From an uncultured Flavobacteriales bacterium (GTDB lineage: Bacteria; Bacteroidota; Bacteroidia; Flavobacteriales_D; Parvicellaceae): a DNA stretch of 64,000 nt. Below the pieces are notes generated by a model. It was not told where the DNA came from. It did no database searches and saw nothing but the letters and a program-made list of their open reading frames with translations. Below are positions 1 to 9,866 of the stretch, piece after piece (position 1 is the first letter of the stretch; each line of letters opens with the position of its first letter). The stretch lies in the NCBI GenBank assembly GCA_905480225.1, contig CAJQPO010000036.1, positions 4,423 through 68,422 on the forward strand. The letters run 5' to 3'. Position numbers and translations under genes: made by a program.

Positions 1-1007
1 ATACAGCCGATTTTCATGAGCTTGTTCATTTGCCAAATGGAAACAGTCTCATAATGTGTGAAGATTTACAAGTAATGGACCTTACTGGATATGGGGGACT
101 AATAAATACAAATGTCTTTGGAAATATTTTGCAAATTCAAGATGCGAATGGAGTTCTTCTTTTTAATTGGCGTTCATGGGACCACATCAATCTAGGAGAA
201 ACAGTGATGTCCCTAAGTGGAACAAATGTGGATTACGCCCATATTAATTCCATGGAATACGACCTGGATGGCCACCTGATTGCTTCTGCTAGAAACATGA
301 ATCAAGTTTTTAAAATTAATTCAATTGATGGCTCATTTATCTGGAGGCTGGGTGGATCACTCGGAACTTTAACTTTCCAGAATGATACAAATGGCCTGAG
401 CCTACAACACGATGCTAGAATATTAGCTAATGGAAACTTGACGGTTTTCGACAATGGTGTTTCTCACGACCCTCCTATCGCTTCAGCAAAAGAATACACG
501 ATAGACACAGCTCTAGGCACAGCAAACCTTGTTTGGAACTTTTCGCACCCTTATGGGGCAGCATCTGGAAGGACTGGTAATGCACAAAGACTTCCAAACG
601 GAAATACATTTATTAATTGGGGTTCTCGTGAAGCTGATATTTTAAATCCCAATTTTACAGAGGTTACAGCTTCAGGGAATATTGTCTTCCAGTTCCGTTT
701 TTCTTCTAGTGCAAACTATAGTTGTTACAGAGCAAGAAGGCACTCTTGGGACCTTTCAACATCAATACCCAATCAAACAAATTATAAATTGCTCGTATAT
801 CCAAATCCCGTCGATAATTTCTTAATAATAAGACCGCCGTCCGGTTTATCAATTAGCAAAATTGACATTTTAGATATTACTGGCAATAATATTAAAACCT
901 GTGAAATGACAAATAGAATTGATGTAAGCGAACTCTCACCAGGAGCTTACCTTATTCGATCTTTTTTAAAAGACGGTATCATCATCGGTAAATTTATTAA
1001 AGGATGA
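1..1007 (+). CDS. Arylsulfotransferase (ASST)-like beta-propeller protein with type A T9SS C-terminal sorting domain; 5' end truncated by the window edge
   Basis: The frame is open from nt 3 (TADFHELVHLPNGN...), so the TTG at 30 is not the real start. HDARILANGNLTVFDNG and LPNGNTFINWG stretches resemble the ASST family. The last ~80 aa (LLVYPNPVDNFLII...LSPGAYLIRS...) fit the Por/T9SS CTD pattern. Confidence 0.6.
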   Translation, partial: TADFHELVHLPNGNSLIMCEDLQVMDLTGYGGLINTNVFGNILQIQDANGVLLFNWRSWDHINLGETVMSLSGTNVDYAHINSMEYDLDGHLIASARNMNQVFKINSIDGSFIWRLGGSLGTLTFQNDTNGLSLQHDARILANGNLTVFDNGVSHDPPIASAKEYTIDTALGTANLVWNFSHPYGAASGRTGNAQRLPNGNTFINWGSREADILNPNFTEVTASGNIVFQFRFSSSANYSCYRARRHSWDLSTSIPNQTNYKLLVYPNPVDNFLIIRPPSGLSISKIDILDITGNNIKTCEMTNRIDVSELSPGAYLIRSFLKDGIIIGKFIKG

Positions 1008-1063
1008 CTCTTTTTGCATGTACATATTTGTAGCTTAGTTATGAATACAAAAATCTTTTCGAT

Positions 1064-1708
1064 ATGCCATTATCAAACCTGAAAGTTGCTGTTGTGCTGA
1101 TCGCGGTGATGCTTTTGGCAATTCATCCCGTTCTAAGTCAGGAAGATTCTGTAGCAAAACCATACCAATTTGGTCTTCTCATAGGAATGAACGCATCTAG
1201 AGTAGCTGGTACCTCGTTCTCGGGAATTAATAAAGTCGGTATCTATACGGGCGCTTTTTTTATCAGGGATGTTAATCAAAAACTGGCCGTTGAATTCAAC
1301 CTTAATTATAGTCAAAAAGGCACATTAAAGCCCCCAAATCATAAGCAAAATGATTATACCAAATACCTCATGAAATTGGCTTACTCTGAGCTTTGCGTAA
1401 TTGGAAGATACAAACACAAGGGGGGAATTTACTACGAAGCAGGTGTAGGAATTGGTTATCTATTAAATGCATTGGAAACCGATGAAAACAATCAAACAAT
1501 AACCACTAATGGTGAATTTCGAAAAATGGAATTTTCTGCAATTGCAGGCATCCAATTTCCGATATCAAAACGCATTGAAATTGGTGCTCGTGGGAGCCAC
1601 TCTATTCTACCCATCAGAAAACACATCAATGGTGCTACCTTCCGATTTAATAGAGGACAATTGAATCAAGTACTAAGTTTTACCCTTCGATATACTATTA
1701 AGAAGTAA
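1064..1708 (+). CDS. Outer-membrane beta-barrel (porin-family-like) protein
   Basis: Signal peptide (AVVLIAVMLLAIHPVLSQ), alternating amphipathic strands, and Gly/aromatic girdle residues typical of small OMP beta-barrels. Confidence 0.6.
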   Translation: MPLSNLKVAVVLIAVMLLAIHPVLSQEDSVAKPYQFGLLIGMNASRVAGTSFSGINKVGIYTGAFFIRDVNQKLAVEFNLNYSQKGTLKPPNHKQNDYTKYLMKLAYSELCVIGRYKHKGGIYYEAGVGIGYLLNALETDENNQTITTNGEFRKMEFSAIAGIQFPISKRIEIGARGSHSILPIRKHINGATFRFNRGQLNQVLSFTLRYTIKK

Positions 1709-1858
1709 TTCTGCGTTAGCTCAATGATGTGTAGATTGTGCCCTAGTAATTAGCTCGACTGTTGATATCTTATCGCAAGAAAATGCGAATACAGTTCTCT
1801 ATATTACTATATTAATAGGCCCACTCTTATTTTGTTCATTTTTAAATTGTATTCATAT

Positions 1859-2053
1859 ATGTTTGAAATGTGTAAGCAAATACTGGAAAAGGTCAGCTTT
1901 GACAAGTCACTTTTTCGAAAAGAGCTCTATAAGTCTATCCGTTGGATAAAAAAAGAAGAACTGCTTGCTTTGCAAGTTTGGTGCTTTGCTTCATTTGGGC
2001 ACTTATATCAAGATGTTATTTCTGAAGCTTTCGATTCTATTTCTCTATCTTAA
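1859..2053 (+). CDS. Small conserved-looking hypothetical protein (64 aa)
   Basis: The ATG at 1859 gives MFEMCKQILEKVSFDKSLFRKEL... The ORF sits alone in an intergenic gap and no known motif is recognised. Confidence 0.4.
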   Translation: MFEMCKQILEKVSFDKSLFRKELYKSIRWIKKEELLALQVWCFASFGHLYQDVISEAFDSISLS

Positions 2054-2078
2054 GCTAATGATTTCAGCTTAATCTCAG

Positions 2079-3023
2079 CTATTCTCTACCCTTTTTCATT
2101 ACAAAATCAATGTTTCGTTTCAATCCTTGAATTTTTGTCCTTTTCACGGCAGACTTTTGAAACAAGACATTAAAGACTTCATCTGTAATGTCTTCCCAAT
2201 CAGCATTACTCATATTTAGCAAGTCTGGCGATGGGTCAAACACAGGCTCATTATGTGCTGAAGAAAACTTATTCCAAGGACATACGTCTTGGCAAATATC
2301 ACAACCGAAAATCCAATTGTCGAACTTGCCTCTAACGTCATCTGGAATTGCATTCTTCAACTCTATGGTAAAATAGCTAATGCACTTACTTCCATCTACT
2401 TTATAAGGCTCTACAATCGCATCTGTTGGGCAGGCATCAATACACGCTGTACACGTACCACAATAATCTTTTATAGGATGATCGTAAAACAAATCTAAAT
2501 CCAGTATTAGTTCCGCTATGAAAAAAAATGATCCCATTTCACGATTAATCACATTGGTATGCTTGCCCATCCAACCAATTCCACTTTCACGGGCCCAAGC
2601 CTTATCTAAAACTGGAGCTGAATCGACAAATACTCGACCATCAACAGCACCAATTTCTTCTTGGATGGCAAGCATGAAAAGCTTCAGTTTTTCTTTTATT
2701 ACAAAATGATAATCTTTACCATAGGCATATTTCGATATTTTGAAATCTTCCTTTTCCTCATTGCATTTTTCTTCGGGATAATAGTTTAGTAGAAGACTCA
2801 CAACAGATTTAGCTCCAGGCACAAGTATTCTTGGATCTATTCTCTTATCAAAATAGTTCTCCATGTAGCCCATTTCGCCCTGCTGATTGCTATTTAACCA
2901 ATCTTCCAGATGTCGCGCATCTTGTTCCAACTGTTTGGCTTTGGCAATACCACATTTTTGAAAACCCAATTCAGTGGCTTTTTTTTTAATAAAATCGGTA
3001 TGTTTTCTCTTGAGAGTTGTCAT
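2079..3023 (-). CDS. queG: tRNA epoxyqueuosine(34) reductase
   Basis: Two ferredoxin-type cluster motifs ([24 protein letters not shown]). The N-terminal [16 protein letters not shown] region and the length (314 aa) are typical of QueG. Confidence 0.9.
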   Translation of the reverse strand: MTTLKRKHTDFIKKKATELGFQKCGIAKAKQLEQDARHLEDWLNSNQQGEMGYMENYFDKRIDPRILVPGAKSVVSLLLNYYPEEKCNEEKEDFKISKYAYGKDYHFVIKEKLKLFMLAIQEEIGAVDGRVFVDSAPVLDKAWARESGIGWMGKHTNVINREMGSFFFIAELILDLDLFYDHPIKDYCGTCTACIDACPTDAIVEPYKVDGSKCISYFTIELKNAIPDDVRGKFDNWIFGCDICQDVCPWNKFSSAHNEPVFDPSPDLLNMSNADWEDITDEVFNVLFQKSAVKRTKIQGLKRNIDFVMKKGRE

Positions 3024-3063
3024 GCAATTAGTCAGGAAATAAAAAAACTAAGAAAAGCCATTA

Positions 3064-4095
3064 TTAAAACAAGCCGCCTTGTGTGTACTTAAAATCAGTT
3101 CCAAGGTGCTTGTATGCTTTTTCAGTTGCCTTTCTTCCAGTTCTTGTGCGTAAAAGATAGCCTTGCTGTATTAAAAATGGTTCATACACTTCTTCAATTG
3201 TACCAGCTTGTTCGCCAACTGCTGTAGCTATATTAGTAAGACCTACCGGCCCACCAGAAAATTTTTCAATTATCGCTAGTAATATTTTATTATCCATGTC
3301 GTCCAATCCACTCTCATCCACATTGAGCGCAGCTAGGGCCATTTTAGAGATCTCCATATTAATGGTGCCATCTCCTTTAATTTGAGCAAAGTCTCGTACA
3401 CGCCTTAATAGAGCATTCGCAATCCTAGGAGTTCCTCTACTTCTTGAAGCGATCTCATGTGCTGCCTCATACTCAATCGGAATTCTTAATAGTCCTGCTG
3501 AACGCTCAACAATATCTGTTAGCGTTTTTGTATCGTAGTATTCCAGCCTACTATTTATACCAAACCTTGCCCTTAAAGGTGCCGTCAATAACCCTGATCG
3601 TGTTGTTGCCCCAATAAGTGTGAATTGCTCTAAAGCTATTTGCACAGTCCTTGCATTAGGGCCAGTATCGATTACAATATCAATTTTGTAATCCTCCATT
3701 GCGGAATAAAGATACTCTTCAATAACTGCGCTTAATCGATGTATTTCATCAATAAACAAAACATCACCAGATTCTAAATTTGTTAATAAACCAGCTAGAT
3801 CACCGGGCTTGTCTAAAACAGGACCAGAAGTTACTTTGAATCCAACACCCAGCTCATTAGCAATGATATTCGCCAAAGTCGTTTTACCCAATCCTGGTGG
3901 GCCATGTAATAATACATGATCCAGAGATTCTTCTCTTTTCTTCGCTGCCTCCACGAAGATTACGAGGTTATCAATTACTTTTGGCTGACCAGCAAAATCA
4001 TCAAATGATTTAGGTCTTAATACCTTATCAATTTCACCATCAACAGGATTGTTTTCCTCTTCGTGAAATTCATATGATTCTAATTCATCAGTCAC
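3064..4095 (-). CDS. ruvB: Holliday junction branch migration DNA helicase RuvB
   Basis: [12 protein letters not shown], Walker [12 protein letters not shown], Walker [10 protein letters not shown], and the C-terminal winged-helix region. 343 aa. Confidence 0.95.
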   Translation of the reverse strand: MTDELESYEFHEEENNPVDGEIDKVLRPKSFDDFAGQPKVIDNLVIFVEAAKKREESLDHVLLHGPPGLGKTTLANIIANELGVGFKVTSGPVLDKPGDLAGLLTNLESGDVLFIDEIHRLSAVIEEYLYSAMEDYKIDIVIDTGPNARTVQIALEQFTLIGATTRSGLLTAPLRARFGINSRLEYYDTKTLTDIVERSAGLLRIPIEYEAAHEIASRSRGTPRIANALLRRVRDFAQIKGDGTINMEISKMALAALNVDESGLDDMDNKILLAIIEKFSGGPVGLTNIATAVGEQAGTIEEVYEPFLIQQGYLLRTRTGRKATEKAYKHLGTDFKYTQGGLF

Positions 4096-4160
4096 AAAAG
4101 CAAATGTAAGAAGATAAGCCTTGGTGTTCGCAATTAACCAAAAGAAGGTTTAAACAATTA

Positions 4161-4784
4161 TCACAGTATGTCTTTAAGAACATCTCCAAAGTAGATTTTT
4201 GCTCTTAACAAATAAAAAGGAGCTGTGAAATTGTCATTTAACCGTCTATTTCCAATGAACATCAATCTGAATCCGATTCCCCCACCTATACCAAAATACT
4301 TCAATACGATGTATTCAAAAGTAATTGCAGGTTCATAAAATGCGATTGAAATAGAATTCGTTTTCTTCAATTCATTGGATTCGTTTCTGTACTCTAAAAA
4401 TGTTTTTCCGAATCCCACTTGAACGGGAATCGCACAGCTGTATTTTTTCCTTTTCAAAAAAGTATACTCTATGAAAGTCGCCAGATAGCGCATTTTGAGC
4501 TCGCCTTTATTTTCTCGAACAATTTCTCCTTCAATTACTAAAGGCCTGTATACATCTGTTGCTAACCAATTATAACCTAGCCCTATTTTAGTGATGTTTT
4601 TATAATTCAAACCCATTTGAAAATCTCGAATCTTAACAAAACTATTCGTTATGAAAGCGTTTCTTGTTCCAAATTTTAACATCACTTTAGGCTTTGAATC
4701 AAAACTCTGCTTCATGTCGTCAAGAAGCTGCGTGATTCCATGGAATGGAATTAGCCCAAAAATTATTAGAATTAATATTTTCAT
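4161..4784 (-). CDS. Hypothetical secreted/outer-membrane beta-rich protein
   Basis: Clear signal peptide (MKILILIIFGLIPFHGITQ) and a beta-strand-like alternation. No catalytic motif seen. Confidence 0.5.
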   Translation of the reverse strand: MKILILIIFGLIPFHGITQLLDDMKQSFDSKPKVMLKFGTRNAFITNSFVKIRDFQMGLNYKNITKIGLGYNWLATDVYRPLVIEGEIVRENKGELKMRYLATFIEYTFLKRKKYSCAIPVQVGFGKTFLEYRNESNELKKTNSISIAFYEPAITFEYIVLKYFGIGGGIGFRLMFIGNRRLNDNFTAPFYLLRAKIYFGDVLKDIL

Positions 4785-4786
4785 TC

Positions 4787-4818
4787 AAAAAAAATGTCCG
4801 CAACACTGTTACGGACAT
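4787..4818 (-). terminator. Rho-independent terminator after the act-cox operon
   Basis: On the minus strand: ATGTCCG-(11 nt loop)-CGGACAT followed by TTTTTTT. It lies between the coxI stop (4844) and the next start codon (4784). The hairpin is also flanked by a T-run on the plus strand. Confidence 0.55.
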
Positions 4819-4843
4819 TTTTATTTAATGTTTTAGCAATGGG

Positions 4844-6607
4844 TTAACCGTGCTCTTCTTCGCCCTCCTCAAGAGGAATGTTTTGAGGACAGAAATCCTC
4901 CTCTTTACCTGGCTTACTATAATCATATGGCCATCTGTGCACTTCAGGTATTTCACCAACCCAATTTCCATGTACATGCTCTACTGGTGTAGTCCACTCC
5001 AAGGTGTTTGATTTCCATGGGTTTTCTATGGCTTTAGCACCTCTGATTGCACTATAGAAAAAGTTAAATAAGAATATTACCTGCGCCAATGTTCCAATTA
5101 CTGCGAAAATAGAAATCACTACATTTAAGTCAACAACGTGATCTAAAAATGGAAATTCGGAGTAATCATAATACCGTCTAGGCGCCCCAGCTAAACCTGT
5201 AAAATGCATGGGAAAGAATACACCATAGCCACAAACAATAGTTACCCAAAAATGGACATATCCCATTTTTCTATTCATCATTCTACCATAAAGCTTAGGA
5301 AACCAGTGATACAGCCCTGCGAACATACCAAAGATTGCCGAAAGCCCCATAACAATGTGGAAGTGCCCAACAACAAAATAAGTGTCATGAACATCAATAT
5401 CTAAAGCAGAATCTGCAAGAATGATTCCTGTCACACCCCCAGTAATAAAAGTTGATACTAATCCAATACTAAACATCATCGCTGGTGTAAAAACAATATT
5501 CCCTTTCCAGATTGTTGTAATGTAGTTAAACACTTTAACGGCAGATGGAATGGCAATAAGCAAAGTCGTAAAGACAAATACTCCTCCTAAAAATGGATTC
5601 ATTCCTGTGATAAACATGTGGTGACCCCAAACTATGAAAGACAAGAATCCTATCGCTAAAATTGAACCAATCATTGCACGATATCCGAATATTGGCTTTC
5701 TAGAATTCGTTGCAATAATTTCTGACGTTATACCTAAAGCTGGAAGTAAAACAATGTATACCTCAGGGTGACCTAAAAACCAAAATAAATGCTGGAATAA
5801 AATCGGACTACCACCGGTTTGATCCAACGCATGCCCATCAATAAAAATGTCTGAGATATAAAAACTAGTACCAAAACTTCTATCCATAATTAATAACACG
5901 GCTGCAGATAGCAACACTGGGAATGATAAAACACCAAGGATAGCTGTAACAAAGAATGCCCATATCGTAAGCGGCATTCTGGTCATTTTCATTCCTTTTG
6001 TTCTTAAATTAAGAATGGTAACGATATAGTTCAAAGATCCTAATAAGGAGGATGCAATGAATATAGCCATCGACACCAACCAAAGTGTCATCCCTAATCC
6101 TGATCCTGGAACAGACTCTTCTAAAACGGAAATTGGAGGATATACAGTCCAACCAGCCATTGCAGGGCCACTTTCAACAAAAAGAGAAACAAGCATTATG
6201 ACACTTGACAAGCAAAAGAACCAATAGGAAAACATATTTAGGAAACCCGAAGCCATATCGCGTGCTCCTAACTGTAACGGAATCAATAAATTTGAGAATG
6301 TACCAGACAGTCCACCCGTTAGCACGAAAAACACCATGATTGTTCCATGAATTGTAACCAACCCTAAATACATGTTACTATTCATCACTCCATCAGGTGC
6401 CCAGTCCCCAAGGAATATACTGTTCAACATATTTGGTCCAGGCCATCCTAACTGAATACGAAAGAGTAAGGACAAAAACATCCCAACTACTCCCATAATA
6501 ATGGCTGTAAACAAGAATTGCTTCGCAATCATCTTATGATCTTGCGAAAAAATATACTTGGTTATAAAACTCTCCTTATGATGATGAGCGTGTGCGTGAG
6601 CTCCCAT
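4844..6607 (-). CDS. ctaD: Cytochrome c oxidase subunit I (heme-copper oxidase)
   Basis: Polytopic membrane protein with WFLGHPEVYI, WGHHMF and VVGHFHIVM ligand motifs. 587 aa. Confidence 0.95.
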   Translation of the reverse strand: MGAHAHAHHHKESFITKYIFSQDHKMIAKQFLFTAIIMGVVGMFLSLLFRIQLGWPGPNMLNSIFLGDWAPDGVMNSNMYLGLVTIHGTIMVFFVLTGGLSGTFSNLLIPLQLGARDMASGFLNMFSYWFFCLSSVIMLVSLFVESGPAMAGWTVYPPISVLEESVPGSGLGMTLWLVSMAIFIASSLLGSLNYIVTILNLRTKGMKMTRMPLTIWAFFVTAILGVLSFPVLLSAAVLLIMDRSFGTSFYISDIFIDGHALDQTGGSPILFQHLFWFLGHPEVYIVLLPALGITSEIIATNSRKPIFGYRAMIGSILAIGFLSFIVWGHHMFITGMNPFLGGVFVFTTLLIAIPSAVKVFNYITTIWKGNIVFTPAMMFSIGLVSTFITGGVTGIILADSALDIDVHDTYFVVGHFHIVMGLSAIFGMFAGLYHWFPKLYGRMMNRKMGYVHFWVTIVCGYGVFFPMHFTGLAGAPRRYYDYSEFPFLDHVVDLNVVISIFAVIGTLAQVIFLFNFFYSAIRGAKAIENPWKSNTLEWTTPVEHVHGNWVGEIPEVHRWPYDYSKPGKEEDFCPQNIPLEEGEEEHG

Positions 6608-6648
6608 AACTAACTTGTTTAAATCTTAATACCTAATTCAACTTCTAT

Positions 6649-8217
6649 TCACTTCAAATTACTTGCTTGAAGCTGTTGTTCAAATGTTTTTTGATCCGCC
6701 ATCCAAGCCTCATACTCTTCTTGCGTCTCAACAATCACATTCACCCACATGTTGGAATGTGAAAGACCACATATTTTATTACATAAGAGCAAAAAGCTTG
6801 CTTCTACTAGTGGTTTTCCAACTTTTTCTCTAGCCTTATTTATGGCTTCATATTTTGCAATCACATCTGGATGTTCTCTAAATTCTTTTGTCGTCATCGT
6901 AGGAGTGAACTTAATTTGAGTCGCCATTCCGGGAACACAATTCATTTGAGCCCTAAAGTGTGGAAAATAAGCTGAATGAATTACATCTTGAGATTTAAAC
7001 TGGAATTGATAAGGTTGTCCAACTACCAAATGAATATCACCTTTTAAAATAACATCATCGTAAACCCGAGAATTCACTTCACTTTGATTCATTGCGTTTA
7101 AACCCATGTCATTTGCAATGGTAGATTGAACTCTCATTTTCTTCCGTTTTAACCGTTCCATTTCTTCGGTCATTTCGGCTAATTTTTCGTCGGTTTCAAA
7201 AGCTGCTTCTGCACTTCCTAAAAATTCATTCAAATAAGAAACTCTAGCATCAATTCTATTGAAATGCAATTCTATTGTTTCAGACGAAATTAAGCCTAGT
7301 GGATTAAGAAAGGTATTGGTATCTCCCCAACTATTGTAATCAATTAATTTAAAATTAGCATCTCCTAATGCATTGTCTTTCCCTGCATACCTAGTCGTCC
7401 AATCAAATTGCTTGGAATAAATTTCAATGAGTTTTTGTTCCTTCAATTCCGTAAACATGGATACTTCTTCGTCCACAAGTGACAACAATGCTGAATTTCG
7501 TGAATTGAACTTCTTCTGTTCCGTAATGATTAAAGCAGATTCTCCATCCATTTCATAGGTTTGCAGCACCCATTCACCACCTTTTTCTACAAGAACCAAT
7601 TTTGATGATCCTGACAAATTACTCAAGCCTACTCCAGCTTCTTCCACCGTTTGATAGGCAGCCTTAAATTCGAAATTAGATTCTACTTTACCATCATTAA
7701 CTACTAATCCTGTATGCTCATGTACTACATAATCTCCTGACATATCAGTTATGTCATTCCATGTACGTAGCCCTAAAACAATAATGATAGCCAAAACAAT
7801 TGCAGGTGCAACCGTCCACATCATCTCCAATTTGTTATTGTGTGTCAGGTAGTAAACATCACGATCTTTCTTGTAAGCAAATTTAAATGCGAAATAAAAC
7901 AGCAGAGCATTGCACAAGAAGAAAACGGGTATTATAATCCCAAAATTCAATCCGATAAGCCAATCTGTCGCCTCTCCGTGTATCGAAACAGATGGACCTT
8001 TGCCGCCCATTCCATATGCAACCATTTGCCAAATAACAAATCCAAAAAAAGCGATACAAAATACCAGCATTAATACGGCATTCATATTATTCTCTCTTCT
8101 CGTAATCGTTGGCTCCTTGCGCCCTCTAACCTTTGAGGAAAGTTCATAGACCCTCATCATCTGTGCTACCGCCAAGACAAGGAGAACCAAAACAACAATT
8201 AACAATACTTTACCCAT
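6649..8217 (-). CDS. ctaC: Cytochrome c oxidase subunit II (expanded, 522 aa)
   Basis: N-terminal TM helices and a cupredoxin domain with CuA ligands (DVIHSAYFPHF ... CNKICGLSHSNM = C-x3-C-x3-H-x2-M). No CXXCH motif, so there is no fused cytochrome c. Confidence 0.85.
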   Translation of the reverse strand: MGKVLLIVVLVLLVLAVAQMMRVYELSSKVRGRKEPTITRRENNMNAVLMLVFCIAFFGFVIWQMVAYGMGGKGPSVSIHGEATDWLIGLNFGIIIPVFFLCNALLFYFAFKFAYKKDRDVYYLTHNNKLEMMWTVAPAIVLAIIIVLGLRTWNDITDMSGDYVVHEHTGLVVNDGKVESNFEFKAAYQTVEEAGVGLSNLSGSSKLVLVEKGGEWVLQTYEMDGESALIITEQKKFNSRNSALLSLVDEEVSMFTELKEQKLIEIYSKQFDWTTRYAGKDNALGDANFKLIDYNSWGDTNTFLNPLGLISSETIELHFNRIDARVSYLNEFLGSAEAAFETDEKLAEMTEEMERLKRKKMRVQSTIANDMGLNAMNQSEVNSRVYDDVILKGDIHLVVGQPYQFQFKSQDVIHSAYFPHFRAQMNCVPGMATQIKFTPTMTTKEFREHPDVIAKYEAINKAREKVGKPLVEASFLLLCNKICGLSHSNMWVNVIVETQEEYEAWMADQKTFEQQLQASNLK

Positions 8218-8248
8218 GACCAGTCTTTATCTAATTTCTTTATTACAC

Positions 8249-9856
8249 TTAAAAGTCGTGATGTATGGACTCGTCCAACATCGGATGATTTTTCTTTATC
8301 AATGGAGCTTTCGACAGATTCCTTAACAGGAAGTGAACGAAAATTCCCAAGAACATTATAAACATTCCAAACTCTAACATCCCTATTTGATAGTTATTCA
8401 TTATCGTTCCAGGCATCACCATCAGATAGACATCCATCCAGTGACCTACAAATACGATTGAGCTAATGATTAACAATATACTCCATGTTCTTTTGGCATC
8501 TCTCGACATTAATAAGACCATTGGCAGTATAAAATTAATTGCAAAAGTTCCAAAGAACAGGAATTTATAATCCAAAATTCTCTGTTGGAAATAGGTTACT
8601 TCTTCACCAATGTTCGAATACCATATTAACATGAATTGAGAGAACCATAAATAACTCCATAAAAAGCTAATGGCAAAAATCCACTTTCCTAAATCATGAA
8701 TGTGCGATTGATTGATTTGGGGTAGATGTCCTCTAGATTTTAGGTATAGTGTAGTCATTAATATCATGACCATTGCAGAAATCCAAATTCCTGAGAAAAC
8801 ATACCAACCAAATAGAGTAGAGAACCAATGCGCATCAATAGACATGATCCAATCCCAAGCAAGCATTGATGAAAATACCGCAAAGAATACTAGAAATAAT
8901 GCACCTCGTCTATACTGCAGAAAATGCCATTTAACTCCACCTTCGTTGTCTTCTTTCTTAGACCATTTTCTAAAAAGCAAAGCAAAAATCCAAAATACTC
9001 CAATATAAATTAGCGTTCTAATCCAAAAGAAACCTTGATTGAGATAACCGGATTTCTTATAAAGTAATTTATCAAAATCTTCTCCCATCGTTAGCTTAGA
9101 CTCATCCATCCACATGTAAATATGATTCCAGTCTAATGTGCCCGCTAAAAAGACAACAATTAATACAATAGCCCCGAAAGGTAACACAAGCATTACGGCT
9201 TCAAATACTCGTAAAATTACCGCACCCCATCCCGATTCAGTAGCATAATGCAAGGCTAAATAAAACAATGCTCCAAGAGCGATTCCGAAGAAAAAGAACC
9301 CATTTATGAGTAAATTCGACCAAAAGCGATTATGCTGATGATCAGGCATTCCGACCTTATGGCTATCAACCATAGCCTTCACAGCTGGTAAAACTTCATC
9401 CTCATGATGGTGCCAAGCTTCCATGCCTTCCTTAGTATGAATGACATGAGCTGATATACTCCAAGTTGGTTCTGCACGATGCCCGTGGCCACCGTGTCCA
9501 TCTCCGTGCGTTTCGTCAGCATGCGAATCTGTATGCGCATCTTCTGCATGCACTTCATGTCCAGCACCATGATTATCATGACCATGTGCACCAGGTTCCA
9601 TGATTTGAATATGGCAAGCCTCTGCAGCGATAATCAAATCTGCCTTAAATTGTTCCCATTCCTCGTCTGTATTCTCACCATTATTATGGGTAGGGTAAGA
9701 TAAAGTAAGCTGAGTACCATCCTCACTTAACTTCGTGTGGATATACGATTGCTCTGTAAATATTCCCCAAATCATAGCAAGCAAACCTACTATCATTAGT
9801 GTGAATGTGACTTTCTTTGCTCTCGATGAAATTTTAAATTCCATTTGTCTTTTCAA
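8249..9856 (-). CDS. actF: Alternative complex III subunit ActF (NrfD-like polytopic membrane protein) with His-rich insert
   Basis: It holds the last position of an actABCDEF-ordered operon and has about 10 predicted TM helices after a soluble N-proximal region. Confidence 0.8.
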   Translation of the reverse strand: MKRQMEFKISSRAKKVTFTLMIVGLLAMIWGIFTEQSYIHTKLSEDGTQLTLSYPTHNNGENTDEEWEQFKADLIIAAEACHIQIMEPGAHGHDNHGAGHEVHAEDAHTDSHADETHGDGHGGHGHRAEPTWSISAHVIHTKEGMEAWHHHEDEVLPAVKAMVDSHKVGMPDHQHNRFWSNLLINGFFFFGIALGALFYLALHYATESGWGAVILRVFEAVMLVLPFGAIVLIVVFLAGTLDWNHIYMWMDESKLTMGEDFDKLLYKKSGYLNQGFFWIRTLIYIGVFWIFALLFRKWSKKEDNEGGVKWHFLQYRRGALFLVFFAVFSSMLAWDWIMSIDAHWFSTLFGWYVFSGIWISAMVMILMTTLYLKSRGHLPQINQSHIHDLGKWIFAISFLWSYLWFSQFMLIWYSNIGEEVTYFQQRILDYKFLFFGTFAINFILPMVLLMSRDAKRTWSILLIISSIVFVGHWMDVYLMVMPGTIMNNYQIGMLEFGMFIMFLGIFVHFLLRNLSKAPLIKKNHPMLDESIHHDF

Positions 9857-9866
9857 TTAAAGTATC

